Source: Balanoglossus misakiensis | Taxonomy: Eukaryota > Animalia > Hemichordata | Reading direction: 5' to 3' | DNA: 64,000 bases | NCBI GenBank assembly: GCA_040954595.2 | Contig: CM082595.2 | Coordinates: 6,536,137-6,600,136 of the forward strand | Shown here: piece by piece, positions 61,901 to 64,000 of the stretch | Numbering within the stretch: position 1 is the first letter of the stretch | Layout: each line of letters starts with the position of its first letter | The notes under the pieces: model-generated | What the model was told of the DNA's origin: nothing | What the model saw: the letters and a program-made list of their open reading frames with translations, nothing else | Database searches by the model: none | Translations under genes and position numbers: made by a program

Positions 61901-64000
61901 TTTCATTTTGTGTTGTTTGTGTTTTGGGATTCCCCCTGTTGATTTGCTTAGAAGAATGTTTCATCTGTTCATTAGTAGAGCAATGCTGAGTGATTGAGAT
62001 CCTCCAATGATCTTTTCTCTGAGCTGCTCACACGAAAACACGTTCTTTTGCCATCTTTGAATTTTCTGCCTACACTCACGACAGATGTATGTGTTAAAAT
62101 TACGTGTTTCGCCGCTGAGGCTAGCTAGTGACCCGGGTCAAATTGGGGAACTAGCCAATCAGATCTTGAGTCGAATTCCAGCAGTCGCCATCTTGCTTCA
62201 CAGTCGGCTGCCATGTCCCCAGACTCTCTTCTCGCTTCGATAGCCCGCGCGAAGGAGTTTGGGTAACCGAGACTACATACTTAGTTGACGGTTGGCCCGA
62301 TATTTAAATATTTTGGCAGCGGTTACGTAATCACGTGTCGTCAATCTATGATGCCATAATTTGAATATGCAAATAGTAAGTTCACTCGTTGCCGTATATC
62401 ATGAGATCACCAGGAGAGGCCTTCATCATTGTAAGTGACAGCACCGAAGTGACAATACCGCAGTAGTTTTTGTCGCCCCTGCAAGAATCCGAGCGCACCA
62501 CATCGACAACAGGTATGTACTTCAACAAGGATACTATTGCCAGTTCTTGCACCGTTAAACTAGCCCCGATCTCCGTGTTGATTTCGCTCTGTTTAATTGT
62601 AAGCCCGAAGCTTGCAAGTATGATCGACGGGTTTGGGCGTGGTTCAATGGGTGTGGTTTTGGCGTATAACGCATTTCTTGTGTGAAATTGGCGGGAATAT
62701 TTTATTGCAAAATGGTTAATAAATACTGTTAGCAGTACTCAGGCTATAGGATTCAGAGAGCGTGCTTTGGATGCGAAAAAAATCGGAAAAAAAAACTTGT
62801 GCGTTAAACTTAAAAAGTGCAAACGGTCCCCAATACTAAAAAAACATCCGGAAATTTGCAGAAAATGTACTTTAAAATATAACACATGTCGTTTCTATCT
62901 AAAGTTAATTTAGACCTTTTGAACCTACAGGAAGAATTTGCCCATTTATCGCAAACATTTTACAGTAAGGGAATTACATTTGAGGAACGAATGCATAAAG
63001 AGGTTAAATTTAACACGAGACGAGCCCATACACCTTATCGATGTTATTATTTAAATCGTTGCTTTAATTATTTCCCAAACATGGTAATCAGCAACTAATA
63101 TCCAGTGCCAGTCAAGGAACAATAACAACCAATTATATATCTGCAAACAAAGAGCTTTATTTGACATATGAATTTCTTCGCTGTTTAAAACCAATCGCAT
63201 GGTTATGCCGGAGAGCGTGGCTAATCAGTTCGCTAATCCCCTGGAAAGAAAAGAAAAGGCAAATGTCATTATCGTGATGACAGATGTTACAATGGTAAAC
63301 TCTGATCAAATTTTGATACGCTAAGTTTTCTACACAAGAAATGTAGTCAGTCACTTAAAGGGGTATGTGCCGTTCATAGCTGACGCTTTATTCGCCCTTC
63401 AATGTCCCAAATAAACAGTTCCATGCACGTGACAAACAAAAACGTATGTTAACATAAATCGCTCGCTTCATTTGTACACATTCAAGCTCGAAATACTTTT
63501 AAATCGTAGCCGTATTATAACATTATATATAAATCATACATATTATAATTCATGCTAATTGAGCTCTCTCACTCCTGATTTGAATAATTACTCAATATAG
63601 CTTGTGAGCGCTTGACTGGAGCGTCCTCAAGCGGTGTGTCTTCCAGTCTCACTGAACACGTTCTCTCAACAATTTAAACCGCGTATGACAATTTTTCTAA
63701 CTTTCTTGCCACACGTGTTGATAACAATTATTAATACAAGGTGCTGATTTCTTTAACTAGAGAAGGCAAATTTCTCACCCGAACAAGCTTTATCAACGGA
63801 CATTTTGAGAGCTATCAACGGATCATAGTGAAGTTCACAATCAGTGTCTTCGCCCATAGCACAATCCAGCATACTCTGTGAAACGAAGGGTTATAATAAA
63901 TGTGTGATTTGTTTATAAAAGAAAACAATTATAAAGCTGTACAGTGACTACTTGCATTGTGCTAAAGACTTTATTCTGTTAGTTGATAAAGCTAGTATAT

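Overview
AT-rich animal genomic DNA with GT-AG spliceosomal introns; it looks like an invertebrate, possibly a non-vertebrate deuterostome, but the species cannot be determined here. Two + strand protein-coding genes were reconstructed exon by exon. (1) The last 12 exons (183-7898) of a P5B-type polyamine-transporting ATPase (ATP13A2/ATP13A3 family); its 5' half lies upstream of the window. (2) A complete 19-exon M13 zinc endopeptidase, endothelin-converting enzyme (ECE1/2-like, 769 aa; CDS 45688-58974), probably also transcribed from a CpG/ETS promoter at ~10.4-10.95 kb across a ~36 kb intron. Non-coding DNA holds at least six MITE families, a 4.6 kb non-autonomous TIR transposon with a triplicated right end, microsatellites and clusters of RFX X-box-like motifs. 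No rRNA, tRNA, CRISPR array or intact transposase was seen. Most ORFs in the supplied track are spurious. I found no convincing new enzymatic system. The most interesting signals are the ECE1-like alternative first-exon architecture, the ATP13A-ECE linkage, inverted foldback MITE pairs bracketing single exons, and unusual transposon end structures.
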